From: Ramazzottius varieornatus
Taxonomy: Eukaryota > Animalia > Tardigrada
Length of the DNA: 64,000 bases
NCBI GenBank assembly: GCA_001949185.1
Contig: BDGG01000001.1
Coordinates: 1,715,923-1,779,922 of the forward strand
Reading direction: 5' to 3'
Part shown: one piece after another, positions 28,331 through 40,996 of the stretch
Position numbering within the stretch: the first letter of the stretch is position 1
How the letters are laid out: every line of letters begins with the position of its first letter
Notes under the pieces: model-generated
Databases searched by the model: none
Seen by the model: only the letters and a program-made list of their open reading frames with translations
Told to the model about the DNA's origin: nothing
Position numbers and translations under genes: made by a program

Positions 28331-30547
28331 TCAAAAATTTAGCTGCCGCGTTCGTTTGGCGTCAATGGCTTCAAGTATCGGTCTCCGCTTACTCTGATAC
28401 CGTCTTCGGAGCTCTTCGAACTCTTGCTCCATCTCTTCGTCGAGATTCGACATCCTCATATGCAGCTCATCATATGGAAGATATCTGGGAAAAAGACACT
28501 TCAAGATCATGTACTTCTCGCAAATTTTTGCAAAACCGGAAAGAAGCTCGTACCTGAGAAACTCGAAGTCAGAATCTCGAAGAGGTCTCGGCGACGCACT
28601 AGCGCGTATCGGTTGATAGGTTTTGTGCTGCGAAGCTCCGGGTGGAACTCCGAGGTTATTCTCTTCGGTTTTCCTTCGATCCAACGGAGAACCTCGCTGA
28701 AGGTGCTCGACGAAGAAGGGAACGTAAGGCTTGTCGTCGTTAGTAATGATAGCTGTGTCATGGCGCTGCATCGTGGCGCAGTCACCGAACTCTTCGCCGT
28801 CGTTGATAATCATGGTGGAGAACCTTGTGTTCGCAGCGGATTGCCGGTCCAAAGTCTTGTCCATATCTCCGGAGTCTTCCTCCTGGACGTGAAGAGTCTG
28901 CATCTGCTGAACCATCGTGCCGGAAGAAGCTTCCTCCTCCACCGATTCTTCCCCTGGTAAAGGTGATTTTGATCAATTCGGAAGCTAACTTTTCACAGTT
29001 CACTCATTTGTTTTCGAGTTGGAAGCTCGGCAAACAAACTTCGCAGTATCGTTATCTCATCCGACGCACGTTTTGGTGTCGTTGGCTAGAAGCGCACGTC
29101 ACTTGGTAAAACAATCTCGTCGAGTTTGTTCGCCGAGCTCCCAATTTTTGTGCATACCGACTGTGATTTGCTACTCGTAAATGTAAGGAAAGCGAAAAGA
29201 ACTTATTTGTTACCTTGTTCGAAGGCAGCGGCTTTCTCGCGAGCTTCCTTGGCTTCTTCGATCATGTTTCGGAGGATGGACGTCGGTGAGCAATTCTTGA
29301 TGAAAGGATGTTTGAGCAGCTCGGTCGCAGTAGCTCGTTCATCAGGGTTCTTCACCAGACACCTACTGACAAAGTCGACGAAGGCAGGCGACCATTTCTC
29401 GGGTTCACGGAATGTGGGTGGGTTCTTTGTAGGGATCATGAACATTGCGCGCATGGGATGCATCTCGCAGTACGGTGGCTTCCCTTCGGCCATCTCCAGC
29501 GCGGTGATGCCCAGACTCCAGACGTCGCAGCCACACCCATAACCAATTTCCTGGATTACTTCCTGCAAGAAAAAAACACCAACACATGTGCCCGGAACAT
29601 AGTCGAATTCTTTCTCCAGAGCGTTCACTCTACGAAATTCGCAAACTTCGTGTCTAATCTGATTAGAATGGAATTTCAAAGTGATACAGTCGCATCCGCT
29701 AATAATGAGGAGGTTGGAATTTTGGAAGACGAGAAAATTGCCTTACCGGCGCCATCCAGTAAGGAGTCCTGTAAAAACAAGATTAAAATAACGGACAACG
29801 GTAACACAGCGGAACACACAACTGCGATCTAAGCAAAGCGTAGAAAGTGGCGCTTAAAAGCGAAATGTTGTCTCGATCACTCAACCTCTGCAAGAACACT
29901 TTGAACATTCCACCTAGTTACGTACCCTATGAGAGTGTTTCTTTTTGCCATAGTGTCCGTCAGCTGACCAGCCACTCCGAAATCCGCAAGCTTGGCGTTG
30001 CCGTCCGTAGTGAGCAATATATTCCCAGCTGCAAAAAAAAGTCAATCGTTTAACTATTCGAACTGCTAAGCTCAAACTGATTTCGGTATTAAAGAACAGC
30101 CAAGAGACTACCTTTGATATCGCGGTGGATCTTGCGAATGTGATGGAGGTACTGCAAGCCCAACAGTGTATCCCTCATCACCGTGGCCACTTCTTCTTCG
30201 GACAGAGTCTTCTTCCGAGAGCGCATGATGTCGGACACGGATCCCCCATCGCAGAACTCCATGACGATGAGAAGCTCGCTGTCTCGAAAGTAACTGCCGT
30301 AATACTTGACGACGTGCGGACTGTCGCACTTTTGCATGATGGAGATTTCTTGGATGATGTCCTGCAGGCCGGAGTCCAGTGGGACTTGCTTGATGGCCAC
30401 GATCACGCCGGAATCTTTCTCGACAGCCTTGAAGACGCTACCGTATGATCCTTCTCCCAACTTGCAGATGATGTCGAAGACTTCTTCGGGCCTACGTTTC
30501 AAGCTGTCTTCGCTTAGGCGCTTCATCTCCGGTTTCCTCGCGGCCAT
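28331..30547 (-). CDS. hpo: Hippo / MST1/2 Ste20 kinase with SARAH domain
   Basis: [110 protein letters not shown]. Confidence 0.95.
29021..29142. repeat. Intronic GGCGCAC palindrome family, copy in Hippo intron
   Basis: Outer arms ggaagctcggcaaacaaact / agtttgttcgccgagctccc; degenerate core 29060-29103 with 24-nt spacer. Confidence 0.85.
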
Positions 30548-33500
30548 TTCCGGCGGAAATCAACCTGCAAAACGATATTCAAACGACGGCAGTACTCAAC
30601 CCGAACTTCCCGAAGTACGCTGCGCTTCATACGTTGCTGTTAGGTTAACTGTAAGATTCCGTTGCCTCCTCGCGGTGCCGTTAGTGCTGTTGCGGATCAG
30701 GACTCAGGAGCATCGCGGGCAAGTGAATGCGCACGATTTCCGGTCCAACCAAGGTAAAGAAAGCTCAGAAAATCATGCCGTGGTTCCAGTTTCACGCGAG
30801 ATTTATCTCTGGTGCTCTTTTTCAGCTCCACCTACGCCACCGACGGCTCTAGACGGCAGTCCGGATACTGTATAGGGAATAATGCAAGGAAGATCCAATG
30901 ACAGGTCCGACTTTAGAGATTCCGGAATCCGGATGAAAACGAACAGAAACTGAAAAGAAACTCGAAAATGCGTTGTCTGGCTGATCCTTGATTGGTCAAA
31001 ACGTAAAGAAACAACATACTAGTATTTGTTTCGAGGGGGTCTTCCTTTGGCCCTTGGGCCCACGGGTCGGCTAGAGCCGGAAATGGTGGAAAAACGACCA
31101 CCCTAAATGGATATGATATACAGGAGGTGGAAAATTGGACATTTCCATCCTGGAAGAACAGGGTGGGAACAGCAGGATGGAAGCGTTCGCAGTTAACCAC
31201 CTCATACGCTATAGATTAGCATTGCCTCCCATCCCGGCTACACACCGCCAGCCAGCGCAATCCTGGCATACTCTATAACGTCAGTACATCGAAACTGACA
31301 CAAGACATCAGTTCAACGGTCCCAGTTACTGGAATTAGGTACAGCGGAACATTGCCCTCAGACGGTACGGCAGTGTACCGCCGAGGGTCAGAAACAGCAA
31401 AGTCCACTAGCTATGCTAGTCCACTAAGGAAAGAAATCGCCCTGTTGAGGTCTGATTCGGACACTCCATGAACCCCTCATAAATGTCTGCCACGAAAAAC
31501 GCCGAGAAGGAAATTTGATCGACAGTCTGAGAAGAAATTTGTACGAATTCGACTTTCGTGCCCCATTTCGACCTTTCACAGCACTCTAAACTGCAAACAA
31601 CATACAGGGAGCAGATAGTGCGTTCAGTTATCTACAAAACTGTATCAGCGGAAATTATGCCCAAGGTTGTCAACGAGAGCAGATGTGGATAGAAATAGAG
31701 AACCTTCAAATCCTGACCAGTGGCCGCTCCTACCGACCATATGTTAGAGGAGCCTGTTCTTTTCGCTCTTCCTGCTTGCACGTAGAGCCTGCTTGCTCAT
31801 TGTGCCTTATCGCAATGGGGAGATAGATTCTGGCAGATTATTTTGCTTCCTTCTCCTGCTACCATTGCATGCCTTGTGGCCATTGATCAAGAAAGAAATG
31901 TCTGTACAGCACTAACGCGGTGGAATGGCTCATCCAAAAAACGTCTGCATAACGAACACAGAGATCGCCAACTGTTCGCCATCTCTTCAACGGATTACCC
32001 ACCCATGATTTCCTTGCACTCTGTCCAACTTTGATAAGGTTTTGATCTCGGAAATGAAGGTGGCAGACTGGCTGTTTTGTAGGTTCCAGTAGTTCTCCTT
32101 TCTCACCCAGTCAGCCCGAACCCACGCAGCCCGACGAGTACCATCACCGACAGCGCACCGGAACTGGAAGAAACGAATTTGCTGATTGTCTTTATCAAAT
32201 CAATTCATACAAGTCGCTGCAAAACAGCAAGCACCAGAGTAAAATTTATCCGAAGACATCTCGGCAAAGACTGAAGGCGCGAAAATAAATTAATGATTTA
32301 CTATAACAGAGATTCTTTTGCATGGACACTGCTCGCATGCGCAGGCATGCTACAGTTCCAGCCTATTACAGTGGCGAGCAGAATCTACGAAGTCGAGGTG
32401 ATGTATTGCGTACAAGACTTATAAATCGCTCGCAGCGCTTCAGCGGTCATCGGTTTATGGAGTGTGCGATCAAGATCTCAAATTCACTTCCTTCTTTCCA
32501 TCTCGTTCGCGCTGTCGCTATCAAGGAACGCTTGAATATCCACTGTAGAAACAGTACATTCTATTTAAGTTTTCAAACTTTCCCAGGCTAGATACAAATT
32601 GATGATTGTCCAAAAGTTTGATCGACCCTCGGTTCCTTAAAAAAGTGAAACGAGCCGCTTGGAATAATTTCGTCCGTAGCGACGGCCATGGGGTCGACAA
32701 ATTCAGAAAATACATTTAATGTTCACGACATGAATATACTAGAGGACTGCAGAAATAGTGCAACTCTGGTTTAAGTGACTAGAATCGCATCAGAATTTCT
32801 GACTGATCGCATCAGAATTTCCGACTGAATGCTGGCGCGACGTCACGTCTCCTAGTTCACCAGATCAACGTTAGCATAAAACCACGATACCATGTTACAT
32901 TCTTTTGGCTCGAAATCTGTGATCAATATTCCGGTTTGGTTGGTCTATAAAAGCACCGAACAAAGTCATCATCAACCTTGTTTTCAAGGTGCAAGAATTT
33001 CGGAAAAGTTAGATTGAGCATTGCGACGAATTGTCATGATCGGGCGTGTGATAATCGATCGGAGATGGTCAGGATTATTTTACCCGTCTCGGGTTCGGGT
33101 GTTTTTTCTGTGTTACATGCTACAGAGCTGTTCTTTGTGTGACTTCGAAAACGCGTTTGAACTGCGGATTGTACTGGTTGGTCAAATAATCCACTATATA
33201 ATCACTTATGACTCAGCACTGGCTAGTTGTGTGAAGCAACGATTATTTGATTCGTTTTTGTCACGTGTGCTTGTGAAATCCGCTTTGATGTTCTCTGGTG
33301 CGGTGGCCCGTCATAGTTGCCAGATTTGTTCGTGCAGAAGAAATCGTGCAGCACTTGAGTTACCTAACAAAGTTCTACAGCGATACACCGCTCCTCTTGT
33401 AAGGTTTGGTTCCATAAGGAGAGTCTTAATATTTCTACAGTCGCGCGCTAGAGATATATCGAGTTATGGCACTAGAATTATTTCACTCCAATACATTTTC

Positions 33501-35333
33501 TTGCAATTGGGTGGCTTTACTAAATGCGCTTCCTGGTTTCGCGCTCATATACTTGCAATCCGCGTCAAGATAGCCCTTGTTTACCTGAACCCAATGGGAG
33601 AGAGTTTCATCTGCAGCGTGGAGTTTCCCTATGATTTTTTGAAAACTTTCAAAACTAAGGCTAAACAAGAAGACAACACCGAATGAGGAATCTACTTCAG
33701 CATTTGCTACAGCAGGCAACAAAGCTATGGCTATGTGTTTTTGTGTCAATAAATTATCCGCCTCAAGTGAAAAGCAATCAGTCAACTGTAGCGGAAAGTT
33801 TGATACATGCCATATCGTTTCCCACCCCAGATTGGCTTGCTAGCCTACCTCTGCTTGGGCCAGCGGGGTTGCGGGGGCTCGTTCCTTTGTTTACGTTTCT
33901 TGTTTTGACTTTTCAGCTTGAACTTCCCTTTGCTTGGTTCCGGTTCTTTTCCACCTCCGGCCGCTACTTTATCTGAGTCTTCTTCTGGAACTTCTTCGCA
34001 TCATGGATACGGATCTCTTTGCGTCAAACATGTACGGTGTTGTCTACTGTCTGTAACCAAATCGCCGCTGCCGGCCGTACTTCTACCAGCACATGTAATC
34101 GTCCGGACAATTCCTTGTATTGTTATCAGGTTGAATAACCGGTTTCCGAGTTCTTATAGGAAGCATGTACTTGCATACAACAACGAGTGACGCAAAGCAA
34201 AGTAAGGAGGAGATCGGCGACGATGTTTCCAGTGTAAGAATACTGCCACGATATGATTCAACACGGACTTTATCGATACGAGCAATATTTAATATGCTGT
34301 ATGATGTGTTTTTCAGCTGATAAAGTGCGCCACGCGATTGAGCATTATCGGCGACGCCCAGCCTGTTGCGAACAGCCAAAGTCTACACCACACAAAAGTC
34401 ATATTGGCGATTTGAAAAACGAAGAATGGAGGTTATATTTTGGTTATCGTTCTGCCTGATCGCTCGCACTAGAGATTAGAGCTCTCTTCGTATACTTCAA
34501 CTGCGGGTCGAGTTCTCGAGAGAAGGTCGACAAGCCAGCACTAGCTCTTTCGAATTGGAAAATTATACAGTACGTGCTTTTGTATATCCATATTTCTTCC
34601 ATTCAGAAGAATATTGTCATCAACTTGAGCTAATTTCCCAGGACGACTTCCATCACGGTCCTCATTCTCCTTTCCTCCACAAGTCGACATCATGGGAAGA
34701 CACAGCGACACCTGTTTCACGAAGAGGGAAGCTTGAGTGAAGACGAAAGAGGAAGAGAGGAGGCGGACGAAATTACAGTTGAGTATTATAGCATTTTCTT
34801 CTTGTGCTCTCGGCAGGGTAACTGTTCTGTGTGCTTGCCTTGCTTCGGCGCTCTTGGCTATAATTTCTTCTGGCAAGTGCAGAAACGGGTGTAGTTAACC
34901 TTCTACTCTTTCCTTTCTTGCTCCCAGACTTGGCGCATTGTCCACTTTGCTCTCGAGATGGAGAGAGGAGAAAGTACTCCGTTTACTGCGTCCACCTTGG
35001 CCTATCTAGAGAAATGATTTCACCCCCTTTTCTTGACTTTTAAGGTTTACTCAGCGTCAAGAGTGAGCGAGAAAGAGAGAAGAAAGGTGGAAGAAGAAGA
35101 AAGACCAAGCCAACCGTATCGTTTGATCAATTGTCAAGCTTCGAACAATGCTCGTCTTGCAGAAAGTGACCTGATCGCGGCGTCTCGAGACATTTCCCGT
35201 CTCGTGTTTCCCCGAATTTGCCAACTGACAGTTTTCGCTTTTTCCCAACAGCCAGATAACAAACGAGCATCTCTGTACTGTATTGTCGAGCAATATCGTT
35301 CTGATTTTTTCGTGGAAATTTTTCGAGTGGAAG

Positions 35334-38300
35334 ATGGGTGACGATGGTGGGAAAGTGATTACGAGGCAAGAAAGTCCTTCATCGATAATTCACATCCGGA
35401 CAGACTCGGATGGGATCCTCCAGGATATGTTCAAGCAGGTTGGTCAGCGGAGTTCCATGTCCAAAAACTCGACACCTTTGAAGGAACGGAAATTACCAGC
35501 GGGATTCTTCGAACCGCCCAAGCAGCAACTACAGCAGCCGTCACCGTCACACACTCCTCAACCTCTGCAGAGCAAGGAACTGCCGAATCATCTGGGATCA
35601 CCCTTGGGAAACAGTACTTCTGGCTGTAAGTTACTGAATCCTACTCTGAAACGATAAAATCCAGTTTCAGACTATGGATGATATTCATTGTATAATTTTA
35701 TTGTTACATTTAACTGCGCAAAAATCATTGTACTGTAATAGTGCAATCACACCTCAAACTTCCACTCAAAGATATTCGTTAAAAATTCGAACGGCCTCTC
35801 CCAAACGAAATGCTTCCATGTTGACAGCCAAACGAGACCAACATTAAGATTAAGCTTTCAATTATTCAACGAATATTTTTTTTATTATTCCTGTTTGATT
35901 ATCGGAAGTTTTCAATTTGGGAGCTGGGCAGACAAAACCTACAAGATGTTATCCCAAGAGACGCACGAAGTGATTGTTACTGGCTGGGAGGGTGCGCCAC
36001 TCAAGATAACCATCATGATCGTTTGGTTTGCCCAGCTCCCATATGGCATGAGTAATATTATCACTTTTCCAACAGGTTTCCACGTTCGATCCAGATCTTC
36101 TCCAGCTTCCATCAGCCAGAGCCTGTCTCTCGCTCCGGATAACCATGCTCAAGTGGATGCAACAGGTGGCAACTATCCACCTGTTGCTTCGAAACCTTCG
36201 CAGCAGCCACCACAATCCCACCACAAGACTTCCTCTTCCTCCTCGCATTTTCGTCAAAAGAGCATGCCGGCTGCTCAGCAGCTTTCCAGCATGGCTGCGT
36301 CCTCTCCCCAGTTGCTCAACATTCACGACGTGACTGAACAGTTTCGTCTTGTGGTACTGTCAGACGGAAGAATGAGTTTTCAAAAGTAAGATAGCTTTTT
36401 CCTCCTCGGTGGAAACGTGATGGATTGTCACGTCCCTTAACGATCATGTAATTTCGATGTTTTCGCTTTTCCACAGTCGCTACTCTATGGACATCTACCC
36501 AGACACTCCAGTCGTGCGGACCAAAATTCTAGGACCTCTGCCAAATGGCTGGGCTGCGTCGGAACCCCAGCCTGGCAGCGACGATGTCTACTATATCGAC
36601 CACCTGAATCGCACAACAACGTGGTTCGACCCGCGTTTACGTGAGTCTTTCTTTATCGAAATCGCATGACCATGGTAATCAACTCCTTAGCGTTGATCCG
36701 GTTTAGTTCGTGGACAAATAAACTTGGACGACAAGTGCACAGCAAGTCTGAGAACAGCAGTAGCACCTGTTGCCTTGCGGCGCTTATTAACCGCGCACTT
36801 AAATGGCCATACAAGACTTCTTGCTCACTTTACTTTCCATCGCATTGTAAAAACTGACGTACAAACCCTGAAATCAATGTCATATTTTCCGGCAATTGAA
36901 TGAAAAATCAAAATTAGTTTGGAGTATTTGGAAGGTCGACAAACTTGAAGTAGCCATCTATCACGTACCTGCATACAAAATCTAGCCCCAGCTGTGATGC
37001 GCGAGTATGCAGGTGTACCCGAAAATTTCATGTATGATATTCTACAGTTCTTTTAGTTCTCGGAATATTCTATTTTGCTTATTGCCGTGAAATCGACAGT
37101 GTACAGATTAATTTCGTAACTTTCTCTTGTGTAGCGAAACCGATTCAAGAACCCTTGGTGCTGGCTCGCCATCAACAGCAGCAGCAACAACAACAAGCAC
37201 AACAACAGCAGCTGCAGTCTCATAATTCACACCAACTGCAGCAGTCAAGTCAAAATGCCTTGCAGCATTTGCAGCAGCAGCAGACTTCACAGCCTTCTTC
37301 GACAGTATTCCCTGGCTCGTCTTCGTCGATACTGAGCCAGTTACAGCCTCAGCTTGCCCCGAATTTCTCTGCAGGAAGCACCACTTCGTTTTTTGAGAGA
37401 AATTCCGGCCGTACGCTACAACCGGCCACTCTCAACGGCCTCGTGCCACACCTTGCCACTTCGCAGCAACAGCAGCTTAAACAACAGAATGTCAACAATC
37501 CACTGAGCCAGCAGTCCTTGCAGTCGCAACAACTCCTTCAAGCTCTCTCCATGGAACGCGACAGCATGCGCCTCCGTCAGAAGGAGCTGCAGCAGCAGCA
37601 GCAGCAGATATTCCGGCAACAACCGGGTTTCGCTGACCAGTCGGTTTCCGCCTCGGTAAGGTCAATCAACCAACTCAGCCATCAAGTCCCCAGTTGAAAA
37701 GGCGAAACAAAAACTTGACATAAAACCAGGATATCTGAGAGACCGGCAAACGAAACGTGCAAGATCGTTTATTCTGAGTGGCGCAGCCAATGACAATCAA
37801 ACCGTGCGCCACTTCAGACCACAGTCTGCATGTTCCATTTGCCGGCCTCTGGTTAGCGCGCTTTCTGGGTATTTTGAGACAACTACAACAATGTTCGCTA
37901 ACCCAGACGGCGTGCTTCTTATGGCTTGTCAGGAATATGTCCTTTTGGCGATAAAATTGGTGGAATTTTTCTTTTGCAGCTGTATCGAGATCCTGTTGGT
38001 GACTACGACATGCTGGGTTCTCCCATGTCCCCGCTGGCTTCCGTGAGGTTGAGTGATGCCTTGCATGGGAGACAGGAAAGTAAAGACTCGGGATACGGGC
38101 ACAGTGCCTCGAGGACCCCGGAGAACTTTCTTGCTCAAACCATGGACGAGCTGTCCCTGACGTACCACGCAGACATCTGGGATGGTAACTCGAATATGGA
38201 CATGACCGTGGGAAGTGACAATAACTTCGTGGTGGACCAACAAGTGGACCAGATAATGACAGATAGTAGTCTTGTAAGTACAGTGTACTGCGTTCCATTC

Positions 38301-38467
38301 ATGAAGCCATTAATATTACGAAGAAGTCTCTCCGCGCAGCTGCTATTATTGTTTTGAATTTTTTGCAGGACGATGGTCTCTTATCATCAGACATGATCTT
38401 GAGTGATATCGAATCGGTGTTACGGAACGACAATATCGATAACGCTAGTAACATAACCTGGCTATGA
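35334..38467 (+). CDS. yki: Yorkie/YAP transcriptional co-activator, multi-exon
   Basis: TEAD-binding domain (IIHIRTDSD..LQDMF..PLKERKLPAGFFEPP), LATS sites HVRSRSSP and HFRQKS, a WW domain (GPLPNGW..YYIDHLNRTTTWFDPR), phosphodegron HGRQESKDSGYG and C-terminal PDZ motif ITWL*. Confidence 0.95.
35919..36040. repeat. Intronic GGCGCAC palindrome family, near full-length copy in Yorkie intron 1
   Basis: Ends gggagctgggcagac / gtttgcccagctccc; core 35957-36001 with 25-nt spacer. Confidence 0.9.
37741..37830. repeat. Intronic GGCGCAC palindrome family, copy in Yorkie intron
   Basis: Core 37777-37813 with a shortened 17-nt spacer. Confidence 0.85.
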
Positions 38468-38784
38468 ACAAGCCATCCCGTTTCCAGGACTACGAACCAA
38501 GCTTCCTTGTGAAAATGAAAATTTCCAGTTTAATATTTTTTTACAGCGTTGCTTCAATTTTGGCAGCATGCCCTGTTGCATTCCGTTGTATATCGGATCT
38601 CTGTTAACGATTACCAGAACACGTGTACCATAATTTCCTCTATTACCAATTTTTTACTTCGCTTTTCTTCTCGTTTTGTTGCAGAATCCTCATTATGTTT
38701 TTCTGTTACGTACGACTCGTCGGGATGCTTTTTAGACAGTTTTGATCCACTTGTTGATGCCACAGCTTACTGAGGTTCAGCCTT

Positions 38785-39084
38785 GCCGTGGCAGCTATTT
38801 TCTAAGAGGCACGATTCCCCGTTACGTTCTGAACGGTTCGATTCCTGGCCCGCAATAGACGACGTCCAGGCTTCGCAGCATAACAAAATTAACAATAACA
38901 GTCAGCGGCTTCAGCCATTCCCTTGAGGGATTCTCGGGGGCAAGCGAGAAACCGAAAGTGGGCCCCACAGTTTTACCAGAACGCCCACCCATACTGCGCC
39001 GTTTGCACAATGTGGCAACCGGGACGGGAGGACCGATCGGTGGATTCCCCATGTGCAACCGCCGCCAGATCGAACTCCTGTTTT
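38785..39084 (+). ncRNA. Candidate structured non-coding RNA (unassigned)
   Basis: Run of short stems, a B-box-like GGTTCGATTCC (38835-38845), and a long terminal hairpin (39021-39084) that pairs best on + (several G-U pairs) and ends in a T-run. Confidence 0.3.
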
Positions 39085-39421
39085 AATTTTCAAACTTCAA
39101 CGCTCAGAAAAGCTTTTTGATGGATGATGATATCGATCATCAGACCCTTCGTCATCTTTTGATGTTCTTTCGGAGTATATATCGAGCTTATTCTCGTAGC
39201 GGGTTGTTGACGATACGTCCTTCAAAAGGGACCGTGGGCAAAGAAGTGTCGTCCTGACTCCTGCTGCAACTTTGAAGCGTTCGTCCACCCAGTCAGGTTT
39301 GTGCTTGTAAGAATTTTGACAAAATTAAACTTTTATCTTTCATCTATCGTCTGTTTCCCAGAACCCTTTGCTCTTGCTTCGTGTAGTCAACAGCCTTAAG
39401 GCTGCAAGCGTGAGAAGCACA

Positions 39422-40258
39422 ATGGCCACCCCAGCGTTCTCTGTGTACGCCGATGGTAAGGTAGAGTCCGTATGCCTTACCTTGCGTCTGACGTACAGTA
39501 TCGCTTCCTGTTCCAGAGGAGAATCATCAGTCGCAATTTGAGGGCTTTGCCCGACCAGCTAAGAAAGTGCTGGCGGCGAAAGAACGAGCTGGCCTGCAAG
39601 ATAGCGGACAAAAATTCCCCAAGGCGAAGCAACCAACGTCTTTCTCGTCGTCGAGGAAGCAGCCTTCCTCAACTGGTAACCAATTGTTGAATTGTCGTTC
39701 CGGATGAGGGGTGTTGTCAGTATTCTTCTAACTTAATGTTGCATTCTCACAGGAAGCCTCGCGCATCCATTAGCAAAGAGAGTCATCGTTCCTTCGGAGG
39801 ATAGCATTAATTCCACATTGAGTTCAGGTGATTAATGATTATCCCTTCTTTCAACTTGGATAAAATATCCAGTTTTTCACGTTGAGGATGTTTGATTCAT
39901 TTCCTCTTCGACAGAGAATGGAAACAAGACGCGGTCTTCTTCTCTCGAGTCCAGCAGTAGTAACTTCGACAAGTACCAACAGAAACTCAGCGAGAGACGT
40001 CTGGAGATTGCAGCCTTGGTCGAGAAAATCCTCAACGACCATCCGGACGAAATTCTGACCGTGCCAGAGATGGGTATGGAGCCTGACATGGATGCTGACA
40101 TCGGTTTGTGGATCTTCCCGGAGGAACACAGGGAGGCTGAGCTAGAAGCCATGAGGGACAAGAAGCCCTTGCGACTCCGAGGTCTGCGTGACGTCTCCAA
40201 CATGGACGTCGTCGAAGAGGAAATCGACATCCCTCTTCCCTTCATCGAAGACTGCTGA
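39422..40258 (+). CDS. 203-aa securin (PTTG1)-like protein, 4 exons
   Basis: Exons 39422-39455, 39517-39675, 39753-39827 and 39915-40258 splice in frame. MAT..VYADEEN, RAGL, KQPTSFSS, FPEEHREAEL and the acidic C-terminus parallel vertebrate securin motifs as recalled. Confidence 0.6.
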
Positions 40259-40996
40259 GACCCTTTCTGTCTTTCTTGTAGTCTTTGATGTACATGATTT
40301 TAAGAATGTCGCTTCGTGTATTGTTGTGGTTATTGTTCAGTCCAAGAGCTTCTGGTATTTGGGGGAACGTGGTGGAAATGGTCGGCGGTAGACTTTTGAA
40401 CTCTGCTCTCGCATTTTGACACTTTTCTTTTTCCGGAAAATTCTACAGATCCGGAACATCTTACTATTTGATAAATCAGATTTTTTTAGTTAGTTTCGAA
40501 TTAAAGATCTTTAATTCATTCGAAGATCCGATTTCTGAATTACGGAATATGCAGAGAGATGACCAAGCCCGAGCTCATAGGCGGAAGACTCGGGAAAACC
40601 AGACGCTTGACACTGGCACAGATGATAATCATACATTACATGACATCACAACAAAGTACAGGTATCATCCGTAAGTTCGCCTCAGACTTGATGACATCAC
40701 GCATACCGTACGACGGCTCGTTCGTTCTCGTAGTGTAATGAACGTGGCGTAGGACGTAATGCGCAGATTACACGACGGGACCGTCAACTGGCCTTCAGTC
40801 AACTCGGATCAATCAATCGATGTGATGGAGATCGATTTGACGGAAATTCGAATTTTTGTTCTGTTTGTTTCAACAAAGGAAGGGGAACAGATCGACAGAA
40901 GATTGATTTGCTTGTACAGTTGTACCCTGGACCTGCTGACTGTTCTGGAAAGTTCTACAGGGCCTACTACGCTTTCTGGATGGGCGACATGAAGGG

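Noticed and set aside
33021-33686. 221-aa plus-strand ORF between Hippo and Yorkie
   Set aside because: Non-ATG start, atypical composition, no domain; overlaps the antisense coding-like remnant.
15785-34333. Partial GGCGCAC-like sites at about 15786, 26461-26504 and 34325
   Set aside because: Half-sites or degenerate matches lacking GATC and outer arms; not counted among the 19 copies.
30548-35333. TEAD/Scalloped site cluster for Yorkie feedback in the Hippo-Yorkie spacer
   Set aside because: No convincing CATTCC/GGAATG cluster found by eye.
38785-38855. tRNA gene at the GGTTCGATTCC motif
   Set aside because: No cloverleaf, D arm or acceptor stem can be formed; kept only as part of the candidate ncRNA.
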